Positions 51,946-64,000 of a stretch of 64,000 bases of DNA are shown one piece after another. The stretch's first letter is position 1. The number at the start of each line of letters is the position of its first letter. Source of the stretch: Eledone cirrhosa (Eukaryota); NCBI GenBank assembly GCA_964016885.1, contig OZ024742.1:333994001-334058000 (forward strand), read 5' to 3'. Under the pieces are notes generated by a model. That model was not told the DNA's origin, did not search any database, and saw only the letters and a list, made by a program, of their open reading frames with translations. A program made the translations under genes and the position numbers.

Positions 51946-53320
51946 TATATTTAGTTTGTTTTATATTTATATGGGAAACTAGCCGATAAATCTTTGATTC
52001 CTTCTTTTTATTCTTTTTATTGTTTATTTTTATTTTATTTTTATTTAAACATTCCTCATGAAAAATTAAGCTACCCTAAAAGCTGATGCTCCAAATATTT
52101 TGAATAAACCTTACACTAGATAAACCTCTATATTAAATATAAGTACACATGTAGACCATTTTGGGCATCATAAACTTTTTGAAATGATCTTTGCTAGATG
52201 TGATTTGATGGATAATTTTTGGTTTTGTCTGTTTTTCGACTCTGATGCTTATAATGAACTTGGCAATATATTGTCAACTAATTTTGAAGGGTTGATCTTT
52301 GTGGTTTATTTTTATTTTTTATTATCGTAGTATTTTCTAATATTTTTTATTTTTATTTTTAATATCTTTAATATGTAAATTTTTTAATATGTAATATTTT
52401 TAATATTTTTAATATGTAATATTCTTTCGTAATATTTTTATTTTTTTAGTTTTCTATTTTATTATTACTTATTATTATTATTGTTATTTTTTATTTTTTT
52501 AGTTTTGTTTCTGATATATATTTTTATTTTTATTAGTATATTGAAATCTGCTCTCTTTTTCTGCTTGATAGATAATCTTGTAGAGTAAAGACAGGAATAA
52601 TAATACACATATTTGTATACTCAAAGTTTTATACCACATTGAGAATGTTTTCCGTGAACTTAGAGTTTGCAGAGTTGATCATGTGGATTCACATGTTTGT
52701 AGCTATCACATAAACATATGAATTTTTTTTAAAAACTAAACATAAGATAATTAATTTTCACACACTATGGATACTTGTCTCATTCAGGAATACTGATATT
52801 TACAATATAGTGGAAGTTTTATAAATACTAATACATTAAAACATAGGGTTTTTTACGCCTCGAATATATCTGGCTATTTTTTAAATTTTTTCTCTCGCTA
52901 TTTTTTCTCTCTATATATTCTTTCTCTCTCTATATATCTCCCTTACATTAATACTAGAACTAAATAAATAAATAAATAAATAAATAAATGTACCATTGAT
53001 ACATTTACTCAACTGACCTCCCACTACCTAATTTTCTATATATATATGTATCTATCTCTATTTCCTCTCTCTCTATATATATATATCCCTTTCTGTCTCT
53101 TTACATGAAGCTCTTCTCCTTATCTATCTCTCCATCTCTCTACTTTGTTCCATGCATTTCTTCTTTTTCTTCCTTTTCTTCGTTTTCTGTCTTTCTTTCT
53201 TCTTTCTCTCTTTCTTTCTCTCTGTGTAAAATTTTTTCACTGCCAGCTCAACCTCTCCAAATGCAAGTCGGTGTTGTTACGGTATGTCGAATATATTTGT
53301 CTATAAAACTGTTTATATTG

Positions 53321-53386
53321 TATTTTGTCTGAGGAAGGCATAGCATATTGTTAATATGATATCCCCGAAATATATATAATGAAATA
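53321..53386 (+). ncRNA. Type I hammerhead ribozyme
   Basis: tattttgt-CTGAGGA-agg c atagcatatt gtt aatatgatat c ccc-GAAA-tatata-TA-atgaaata. Confidence 0.75.
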
Positions 53387-53628
53387 AATATGGTTTTATA
53401 AATATAGTTTCCATTTATTTAATATTGTAAATATACTCCAAATATTTGTCGAGTGCTTTTATATCAGTTATAAATATTTACTAGTTGTAACCCAACAATT
53501 TTAAATATAACTTTCCATATATATATATATATATATTTATAATATATATATATACATATGTATATATAGAAGATCCCGTTAAGGGTGGAAGCAGCGATTC
53601 TTTGCTTAAACTGTAATCTGTTATTTTA

Positions 53629-53691
<63 letters not shown>

Positions 53692-54442
53692 GAGAGAGAA
53701 TTTCAGTCTTTTACTGCTTTGGATTATTCGATTGAGATCATGCGGGGGGCGCCAACTTGAACTTGAAGGGAGATTTTCTATTCTCTGCATCTCGCAGCGT
53801 ATTTGTAAAGTCTGGTACTTTTATAATCGATCTTTTTATGTCAAAATCTTATGCTATGGAACAAAACAGCAACGTAAATATGAACATTGAAACACATTCA
53901 GAACCTCAGTTATATATATATATATATATATATACATACATCATATATCCAAAAGATGACAGAGACAACGGAGAGTCCTTTCTCATCAATCAATGTCTGA
54001 AAATCACTATAGTTTCTGTGCATCAAGGTTGGATTCTATTCATGCTAATGCACATTGGGACTCAAAATAAAAAAAAAGGTTGCGACAGGACGAGTTGTGT
54101 CTTTCGGTGAATTACACAAAGAAAAATGAAAAGAAATGTTTTAATGCTACAAATCATAGTATATCAGCTGAGAAGGAAAAGAGACTAATAGAACGATGCA
54201 CAATAGCTTAGCCAAACGAGAAAAATACAAATTATATATATGTATGTATGTGTGTGTGTATAAATATATATATATATATATGGGTAGGTATGTATTTACA
54301 GGGTGCGTCGGATTGTTGAGGACAACTTTTCCTGAGCTCTAAACTTCTTATTACTGTACACACACACACACCCACACACTCTCTCTCTCACACACACACA
54401 CTCTCTCACACACACACACAACACACACACACACACACACAT

Positions 54443-54489
<47 letters not shown>

Positions 54490-54539
54490 CGCGCATATAT
54501 ATTTATATAATTTCTATTTTTCTGATATATATATATATA

Positions 54540-54807
54540 GTAGTAGAACACTGGACGGTAATAGCCGTAGTGGTAGAGCACTCAGTCCATGGGACGAGTT
54601 AGGTAGAGGTGTTTACACAACAGTTAGTTCACCATACCGAGAACAATGTTTTCACCTTAACGGATCCTCAGCTCATAATGGACATGGTTATACAGAACAG
54701 GAATGACCTTCTGTTCCGTATAACCATGTCCATTACAAGCTGAGGATCCGCTAAGTTTGAACAAGTTTTCTCGGTATGGTGAACTAACTGTTGTGTAACC
54801 ACTTCTA
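54540..54807. mobile_element. Fold-back PLE-like element (arms 54604-54700 / 54711-54807) with a degenerate hammerhead core
   Basis: Inverted 97 bp arms; minus strand gag-CTGAGGA-tccgttaaggt-GAAA-acattgtt-ctc; tail on the left. Confidence 0.7.
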
Positions 54808-54812
54808 TATAT

Positions 54813-54866
<54 letters not shown>

Positions 54867-54927
54867 GTACATATATACATATATATATAGAGAGAGATAG
54901 AGAGATAGAATGTTATATACATATATA

Positions 54928-55385
<458 letters not shown>

Positions 55386-55456
55386 TTTGCATATAGTGTA
55401 TGGATTGCATAGAGAATTACTACTTCTGCTGCTACTACTACTGCTGCTGCTGCTCA

Positions 55457-55498
<42 letters not shown>

Positions 55499-55841
55499 TG
55501 ATGTGGTCATAGGAAATTTACTCGCTATAATCTTTTATAAAATGTTATTGATATTATATAGTTAGCATATTCGTTGGACATTAACAATCACCTACACGTT
55601 AACATAATCACTAAATCTGAAAAACTTCGGTACGTTATTTCTTAGTTATACATGCTACTGTTCCGAGGGCGTTGAAACTCTTTGGAACATAGTAAAGTTT
55701 TCTATCTTTAGGTTGCACAACTAAGACAGTACCACTAGGGAAAGGTGCATGTGAAGTGTTCTTGTTTTAGTTTACTTTACGAGGATTTACCCACCAGTGA
55801 CTTTGTATAAGATGTTCTATATATATTAAATATATATTATA

Positions 55842-55965
<124 letters not shown>

Positions 55966-56191
55966 GTGTGTGTGAATGAAGTATTTCCGTCGGAAAGGTA
56001 AAGGAACAAAGAGTGCTCTATGTAGGCTACAGAGCTTATTAGTTATGTAATAAACAACATAAGATAATTATTTCATTTACCAGTGTTTCTTGAAGACAGA
56101 CACAACATCTGTCTTCAAGAAACCACTGGTAAATGAAATAATTATCTTATGTTGTTTATTACATAACTATATATATATAGAGAGAGAGAGA

Positions 56192-56264
<73 letters not shown>

Positions 56265-56310
56265 TCACACCCATATATATATATATATCCAAAATTAAGA
56301 TAAATTAAAT

Positions 56311-56700
56311 GAATTTAATCTAAATCAAAATTATGGGTGTCATGCCCTAACGGCATGCGCCATGTCACCTGGAAAGTAAGCTCAAAGGTTCTATCGAGTA
56401 GGTCCGAGCATTTTATAATAACTAGAAATTGATTAACATATATATAAACATGAATAATCACTGGAGATAATTTTTACAAGTGTGTAACCACACATAGCTA
56501 GGTAGGTAACTAAATAAAGTTGACTAGAACTTCAAAAATAGATACCTATTATAAGGTATCTATTTATATTATAAGGTATCTACTTTTGAAGTTCTAGTCA
56601 ACTTTATTTAGTTACCTACCTAACTATGTGTGGTTACACACTTGTAAAAATTATCTCCTGTGATTATTCACGTTTATATATATGTTAATCAATTTCTAGT

Positions 56701-56707
<7 letters not shown>
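56311..56707. repeat. Fold-back element (arms 56414-56547 / 56574-56707) with a left tail; no hammerhead core visible
   Basis: 134 bp inverted arms; centre carries a duplicated tattataaggtatcta. Confidence 0.85.
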
Positions 56708-56758
<51 letters not shown>

Positions 56759-57089
56759 CACACAACATTATATAAATATTTATACATGTATGTATAGGAT
56801 GTTAAATATATATTATTCAGAACACTGTAGAGTAATATATAAATTAACATAGACGAATTCTGTAGCCTGATAACCACCGTCATCCCCATATAAATACTTT
56901 GATCACGGGGGCTGTAGTTTGACTGAGAGGGTTTGGTTATGGAGAAGGGTGCGTTTGAATTTAATATATGACTGGTTCAGTGTAGTTTGGGGTAGGATTG
57001 ATTGTGAGATTAGGAGTCGCGTTTACCTGGGTTAGTGGATGGATCGGGTTGAGATAAATTGAAGCATATTCAGTCCCTTAGACACCTAG

Positions 57090-57144
<55 letters not shown>

Positions 57145-57193
57145 ATAAGTAAAAGCGAAGTAGTTTCAGATGTTCAAGTCCTTTAATAATAAT

Positions 57194-57267
57194 GCTGTGA
57201 TATATATTTCAATGACGACACTGGCCACACTGTTCTGTGTACGAGTGTCGTGACATCATCAGACAGC
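57194..57267 (-). ncRNA. Type I hammerhead ribozyme with extended stem II
   Basis: gctgt-CTGATGA-tgt c acgacact..tacac agaaca gtgtg..agtgtcgt c att-GAAA-tatata-TC-acagc; predicted AUC cleavage between 57199 and 57198. Confidence 0.88.
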
Positions 57268-58084
57268 CTGTTACATAATAAGGTTGTTTCCGAGGCAATC
57301 CAAATTGAATCGACATGGGAACGGACGAAGTTCGTGCTTTTGGGTTTTTCATCCGTTCCCTTGTGAGTACCAATTCACCCCCACCGGTCTGCGCAAGCGC
57401 ATGTCCGAAGGAAGTTAACCATTAGCACCGCAGATTTCAACGAAATTTGCTGTCAGTGGCCCACCTATGCCTTGCCAAAGTTTACTGCTACCATCGCTAC
57501 TGCGGCAGACAGCCGAAAGCCAAAGGGGATGGGAGGGTGTTAGTTTTTATAGGTCATAATACTACCTTTCACTAAGCGTTGACAGTAAGACTGACCATCA
57601 ACTCATAAGGTAAAATAAACTTAATTCTAGGTACTATGGTTTTACATAGTAAGTTAAGAGTGAGAGTTGGGAATAAAAATTAAAATTAAAGGTTAAAATC
57701 CTAAATCAAATATCAGAGATTATAAATTAAACAATAAAGAATTCAAAAATGTTTCAAGTGATAATTCGGATTAAGTAAAGATATACATTGAAGTGAGTAA
57801 ATAATATGGAGAGAGATGTTTAAGTAATATGTTCTGGGAGGGATTCTAGTGTTACAGATATAGAACGGCAGTGCCGGACCTTATAACGGAGGGCAAACCA
57901 CATGGTTCAAGGCATTAGTCAATCCGTTACACGGTCATACTTTCCATCACATACGTATGTCTATATGTTTATATGTTCTCCTTAATGTGTGGGTATAGCG
58001 GGAGCCTATGCGTACGACTGTCGGTATCTATATGGTTGTGTGGGGGGGGGGAGTGCACGCGTGGATGTGTGGACTACAAAACAC

Positions 58085-58400
58085 AACTGTAATTCATTGA
58101 AGTGTAGCAGACATGGCACAGCGAATTAATACCTGTGGTCAGAATTTAGGATGACGTAGGCAACCAGCGGCCAATCACTGGATGAGCGAAGAGGATGAAG
58201 TTTTTCACAGGACTGGCCCACAGGGTCAGATACCCGAGTGGAAGAATATGCTCCGAAATCATTAGACGTGTCCGTCGAACCTGCGAGTCCAAAATAAGAC
58301 ACCTCCACACAATCATGGCGTCTCGAGCTGTCCTCCGGCGAAACAATTGTAACACACATTAAATTGAGTTCAGATGCATCACTGATTTTTCGTTTCATAT
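58085..58400 (+). mobile_element. Diverged relative of 38230-38598 with a decayed hammerhead (58268-58355)
   Basis: gtgt-CCGTCGA-(long stem II)-GAAA-caattg-TA-acac; shared 3' end. Confidence 0.6.
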
Positions 58401-58985
58401 TATATATAAATATATATATATATAAGAAAGTAAGTCCATAGAAGCATTTGATAAAATATATGCAGTATTTCTTCTCCCAATCAGCATAATCAACCACATA
58501 AAAAATCAATTAAACGAGGCTATAAGTTTAGAATGTACCTAAGAATAAACAATAGATAAATAAATGATATCTATGTTATCCACGATCCACAACCACAGAA
58601 GATTTACCTAGTATTTCTATTAGCCCGTAGAAATTGACTAGACATATAGTTAACCATGCATAATTAGGTAACAAATCAAAGTTAGAAGAAAAAAATATAC
58701 ATAAACATACCAAAATCATGTTTCTATCCCCGGAGGTACCATATATATATATATGTATATATATGTTTTTGGCAACCATTCACGGTGTGGCTCAATGACG
58801 AATTTATTAATTAAATAATCAACAATCAGAGCAATATATAAGAAAGTAAGTACATAGAATTATTTGATAAAATATATACAGTATTTCTTCTCCCAATCAG
58901 CATATTGCTCTGATTGTTGATTATTTAATTAATTAATTCGTCATTGAGCCACACCGTGAATGGTTGCCAAAAACATATATATATA

Positions 58986-59840
58986 TGAGAATAAACGTGC
59001 TGCGTGGTTGCAAATGGGTTACATATGAATGAAGTGGTCCTTCCTCAGTGATCTTCCAACCATCACAGGTATTTCTTCGATTTAAAGACCATATACCTCC
59101 GGTTGGTGCAACGGCTAAAAAAAGTGGTTGGGACACGTAAAGAAAAGGGGACAGCGAGAGTGTAAATAAACAAAGATGGTGAAGCAACGAAAAGTGAGGA
59201 AGAATGAGACAAGTCCCAAATTTCCATGAATATAAGTTCGGTGAAATCGTGAACGAGAGAGAATAAAGACCATCAAACCTGGTTGGAATGTGAGCAAGGA
59301 AGGAATTCCGTACAGATCTAACGGGAGGAAGAAGGAATCTAGTCTGTGAATTCGGTAAACATAAGTTCTGTGAAATCGTAGATGAGAGAGAGAAAAAAGG
59401 CGAACCAGCCTGACCAAGCGAGCGAAAGAAAAGAATTACGCACAGGTCAAACGGGAAGAAGGAGGAGGAGGAGAGGTAGTAACAGAGAGTGAGTGAGTGA
59501 AGGGTGAGGAAGAGCCTAACAGAGAGAGTGACTGTTAGAGAGGGTAAAGATACAGAGAAAGAGGAAGCCGTAAGAACGAAATAGACGGGTAACAGCGGGG
59601 GAAAAAACATGCGTAAATATGAGAATAAACGTGTTGCGTGCTTGCAAATGGGTTACATATGAATCAAGTGGTCCTTCATCAGTGATCTTCGAACCATCAC
59701 AGGTATGTTTTCGCTTTAAAAACCATATACCTCCGGTTGGTGCGAGCAACGGCTAAAAAAAAGTCGTTAGGACACGTACATAAAGGGGACAGCGAGTGTG
59801 TAAACAAACAAAGATGGTGAAGCAACGAAAAGTGAGGAAT
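58986..59840 (-). mobile_element. Partial tandem repeat element (58986-59200 repeated at 59620-59838); inverted copy at about 60535-60857
   Basis: Shared catatacctccggttggtgc and gatcaCTGA(T/G)GAagga; PLE-like partial-tandem plus inverted layout. Confidence 0.65.
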
Positions 59841-60182
59841 ATATATATATCTATGGCTCTTCTAGTTTATGTATATGTAAACCTCTATATTTTATATACT
59901 TCCGTAAGGCTGAGTAAAATTAACCATGTGTGCATGTATGTATATATATATACATACTACTGTACGTCTGTATACATATATGTATGTACGTATACATACT
60001 TATATTTAAGTAACAGCCGTACTAAGAGTGATAAATGAAATTTAGTTTCATTTTTTCCATTTATCATTTTCGGTGCGCCCGGCCGATTAACTCACTTGAT
60101 ATGCAAATTAGGCTGCTCAGCCGTTAATATGCATAAGGAAAATATATACTTTCAGACGTTCAATCATCTGGCAGAAAGGTAT

Positions 60183-60225
60183 ACGTTGCTGACGATAGCT
60201 AATAAGCTTGAAACTAGTACAGCGT
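60183..60225 (+). ncRNA. Minimal type I hammerhead ribozyme
   Basis: acgttg-CTGACGA-t agct aata agct t-GAAA-CTAG-TA-cagcgt; 6 bp stem I, palindromic CTAG stem III loop, predicted GUA cleavage after 60219. Confidence 0.9.
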
Positions 60226-60476
60226 TCATTTGTCAGTGTTGAACAAATGAGCAACGATGGTTACTAGACACTATACGGCTTAATTCGGGATGTTTGTTTA
60301 CAAACACACCGAGCATTAGAATAAATGTTCGGTGAATCCATACGTACATATATACATGTGTGTATCTATGTATATATATATACATACTACTGTACGTCTG
60401 TATACATATATGTATGTACGTATACATACTTATATTTAAGTAACAGTGAGAAATGAAATTTAGTTTCATTTTTTCC

Positions 60477-60514
<38 letters not shown>

Positions 60515-60853
60515 GTTCACCGATTTCAGGGACATGACTCCTTCTTCCTCCCGTTTGACCAGTGCGATATTCTTTCCTTGCTCACATTTCGACCAGGTTT
60601 TTTGACGGTCTTTACTCTCTCTCGTCCACGATTTCACAGAACGTATATTCATCGATTTCTGGAACTTGACTCCTCATTCCTTACTTTTCGTTGCATTACC
60701 ATCTTTGATTGTTTACAGTCTCGCTCGTTCCCCTTATTTACGTGTCCCAACGACTTTCTTTAGCCGTTGCTCGCACCAACCGGAGGTATATGGTCTTTAA
60801 AGCGATAAAATACCAATTAAAGTTGGAAGATCACTGATGAAGGATTAAATTTA

Positions 60854-60896
<43 letters not shown>

Positions 60897-60899
60897 GTT

Positions 60900-60976
<77 letters not shown>

Positions 60977-61073
60977 TTATATATATATACAGGGAGACTA
61001 TTTATTGTATTGAATCCACCCTCACATCATTTGAAAGTCAAACGTAATTACTCACTCATATACATGTGTGTTG

Positions 61074-61173
<100 letters not shown>

Positions 61174-61504
61174 ATAATCTTATTTTCGACATCTCCATAA
61201 TGAACAATGACAGGCAGTTTACATGTCGACCGTTCAACAATGACAATAATATATGTTAGATATGACACGTTCCTCGTACCCAACATACTACACTCCTACT
61301 CAAATACCTTGACACTCACCTAGCCACATACCAGCTGGAGCAATAACAAGACAATGATAAATAACCTTTAGATCATATCCGCCCTTGTACGTCGTATAAG
61401 GTTAATCTGTCAGAATGTGTTATGTCTGGCAGTCGCTGAATTTCTCTTCACACCTTTTTTTTAATACATGTATGTATGTGTTATATATATATATATATGT
61501 ATGT

Positions 61505-61593
<89 letters not shown>

Positions 61594-63187
61594 CATATAT
61601 ACATATATATATATACATATATACATATATATATATATATACATGTATATATAAACATGTGTGTGTGTGTGTGTGTGTATGCTGGTGAGCGTGTATAAGT
61701 GCGTATGTGATCGTTTGTACTAAGCAGGTAGAGTAAATACATTCATATGCTTGTGGGGGAGAGGTGTGTTGTATGTCTATGTGTGTGTGTGCGCGTGTGT
61801 GAATGTGAGTGTGTGTGTCCGTGAATGTGTGAATGTGTGTGTGTGCTCCTCTACTGATTCAAAATGTTTGGTCAATGGCTGCTCTTGTGAACGGCTTCTT
61901 GAGAATTTAAACGCTTATATCAAACACCATACTTTATATAATGCGTGGGTTATCCGAATAGAACATAACACAAGACGTAAGCACATATCTTATTTCTATC
62001 GATGCTCTGCTTTACACACACATACAATCACTTAGAAATAATTGTATATGTACAAAATGTATATAATAATCGCCCCTCTTGCCGCATATTAATTTTTCAA
62101 ATATTTCCCCACACTACTATTTCAATTTAGCTCCGGCGAAATTTTATTTTAAGTGGTAACATTCCTGTGACAATTAATTTCCTTTATAACATAGGAAACA
62201 TTATACGAGGAAAAATATGACCTGACTAGAAATTCCATACGTTATAAAATGAATGTTATAAAATAATATGGGTACTAAATATGTAAAGTAAACGACTAAT
62301 TCTGGTTTTTAAAAAAATCAACGGATACAACCTAAAAAATCGCCTATGTTCCACCGTCAGCCCCCACTTATTCCACGACACCCCGCTTATTCCAACTCAC
62401 TCGCTCATTCCAAACACCGCTTATTTCAAAACCTCTATTATTTGGGACCCGAAAGTAGGTATTTTACTAAATCTGTAATCGTCTCGTTTTTTTATATTTG
62501 TGCACGATCACCATGAGTGTCCTTTGAAGGGACGAAACGGCTTAGTTTCCGAAATCATATCTGGCCACAAAAGGCACGTAATATATATATTTGAGGTAAA
62601 AGAATACATCATTTCCTCAGCCATACGAAATGTAACTTATTAAAGTCACCTATGAAGCTATACCATATGACAACATATTTATGCGGAAAACCTAGTAAAC
62701 TTGGAGTATATCAATATATTGCCAATACTAATCTAATCCAAGCTGGATAATGTTTTTAGTAAATTTTCTGTCATCACGTTAAGTAAGATTCCACTATGAC
62801 TCAAGTGAATAGTTTGACCAGTGTATTATACTAGGAATATATTATGGATTTGAGAGAGACATACTCGATGACTAAATACACGGAACAAATGTTCAGAACA
62901 ATACTAAATCATATGGAATGCTGCATGGTAAAAATCATAATGAAGGACAAAATAAACTGTCAACGAATAAGAGATTTATCAATTTCATAAGACATCATAA
63001 AATATATGATGAAAATTCAGGACATGTAGCGGGGAGTTGACAGGAGTTGATATGTTTACAGAGTCGAGGGAGAAAGATGTTAAAATGGACAGGTAAGATC
63101 GATTGGTTTATAGCATCTTCCCTAAAGAGCGTGATTTAAGAGTGTTTTGTCGTGATATTTACTTTGAAGTGGGCAAATTTCTAAGAA

Positions 63188-63244
<57 letters not shown>

Positions 63245-63300
63245 TGTATCTATATGAATATATATACACGCACACACACACACACGCACATACACACACT

Positions 63301-63384
<84 letters not shown>

Positions 63385-63602
63385 TACACACACATATATA
63401 TATATTAAAATAACAGATTAAAGTTTAAGCAAAGAATCGCTGCTTTCATCCTCTTCACGGATCTTCTGAAAGCACCGATTCTTTGCTTAAACTTTAATCT
63501 GTTATTTTAATAAATTTTGCACTATGGTTTTATATATTGATATATATATTATCCTTATCGAGCCCTCTTCGTATTTTAGTCTTCACATTTATTATTATTA
63601 CA

Positions 63603-63674
<72 letters not shown>

Positions 63675-63828
63675 CTATACACGTGTGTGTGTATAACAGC
63701 GTCCGAAGTGAGGCCAGAATTAGAACGGCTCATCCCGTACAGAGTGGGGGCCTAAACTGGAACCCAAAACCTAATGTCACGCATACATATTAAACGTATA
63801 AAATTTCAATTATGATATAATTCGCCCA

Positions 63829-64000
63829 CTTATTCCTGAGGTGGACGTGGCGTAAGTGTTCTAAAACACTCCTTCTAGCGGGTCCTGTCAGAAGCAACCA
63901 TTTCCAACTGATCCGTCTGGATCTCCAAATCAGACCAGCCAAGCTCTTGGATGTTATCCAACCATCTTGGTCGGGATCTACATCTGGGTCTCCTGGGAGT
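63829..64000 (-). mobile_element. 3' end of an RTE-clade LINE (continues beyond the window)
   Basis: Minus strand: RRPRCRSRPRWLDNIQELGWSDLEIQTDQLEMVASDRTR*KECFRTLTPRP, matching the RTE/Expander C-terminal pattern RPRGRP..RW.D..W..L.I..A.DR..W..PRP. Confidence 0.8.

Larger units (their letters stand above)
51264..53517 (+). mobile_element. 5'-truncated Penelope-like element with an inverted 487 bp pseudo-LTR (51264-51750 / 52943-53429) and 3' tail
   Basis: Near-identical inverted arms, a hammerhead in each, a GIY-YIG C-terminal fragment inside, (TA)n on both flanks. Confidence 0.85.

Noticed and set aside
51361-53332. Two identical 75 aa ORFs on opposite strands
   Set aside because: A consequence of the inverted pLTR; pyrimidine-rich low complexity.
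59000-59070. CTGAGGA / CTGATGA cores at 59.05, 59.68 and 60.83 kb as hammerheads
   Set aside because: No downstream GAAA with a pairing stem I could be found; not called as ribozymes.
62350-62460. Short ccgcttatt repeats ending in attatttgggacccgaaagta, like a mariner/pogo terminus
   Set aside because: No matching left TIR could be located.

Overview
Eukaryotic, repeat-dominated DNA, most likely from an Octopus-type cephalopod (inferred from SINE style and extreme (TA)n/(CA)n density). No host gene could be confidently called. 1-16.3 kb is a retrotransposon pile-up in (TTA/TAA)n microsatellites: three R4/Dong-like RLE fragments on the minus strand and a head-to-tail array of Tx1 (L1-clade) elements on the plus strand, one of them intact (ORF1 8315-10411, ORF2 10447-13866). 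An intact CR1 LINE lies at about 22.6-27.5 kb; its ORF2 has no usable AUG and overlaps ORF1 at a G_GGA_AAC slippery site. The main hidden signal is in the apparently empty (TA)n-rich half: about 12 type I hammerhead ribozyme motifs from several dissimilar families. They sit in Penelope-like (PLE) pseudo-LTR fragments, often as fold-back palindromes. Many share a C.C mismatch at stem II position 4, a palindromic stem III (often UAUAUA), and a downstream ACTC-N11-16-GAGT hairpin tail. Also present: bipartite RTE-derived short elements, tRNA-derived SINEs, a Tc1/mariner derivative, a Chapaev3 relic and an RTE 3' end. All folds and alignments were done by eye.
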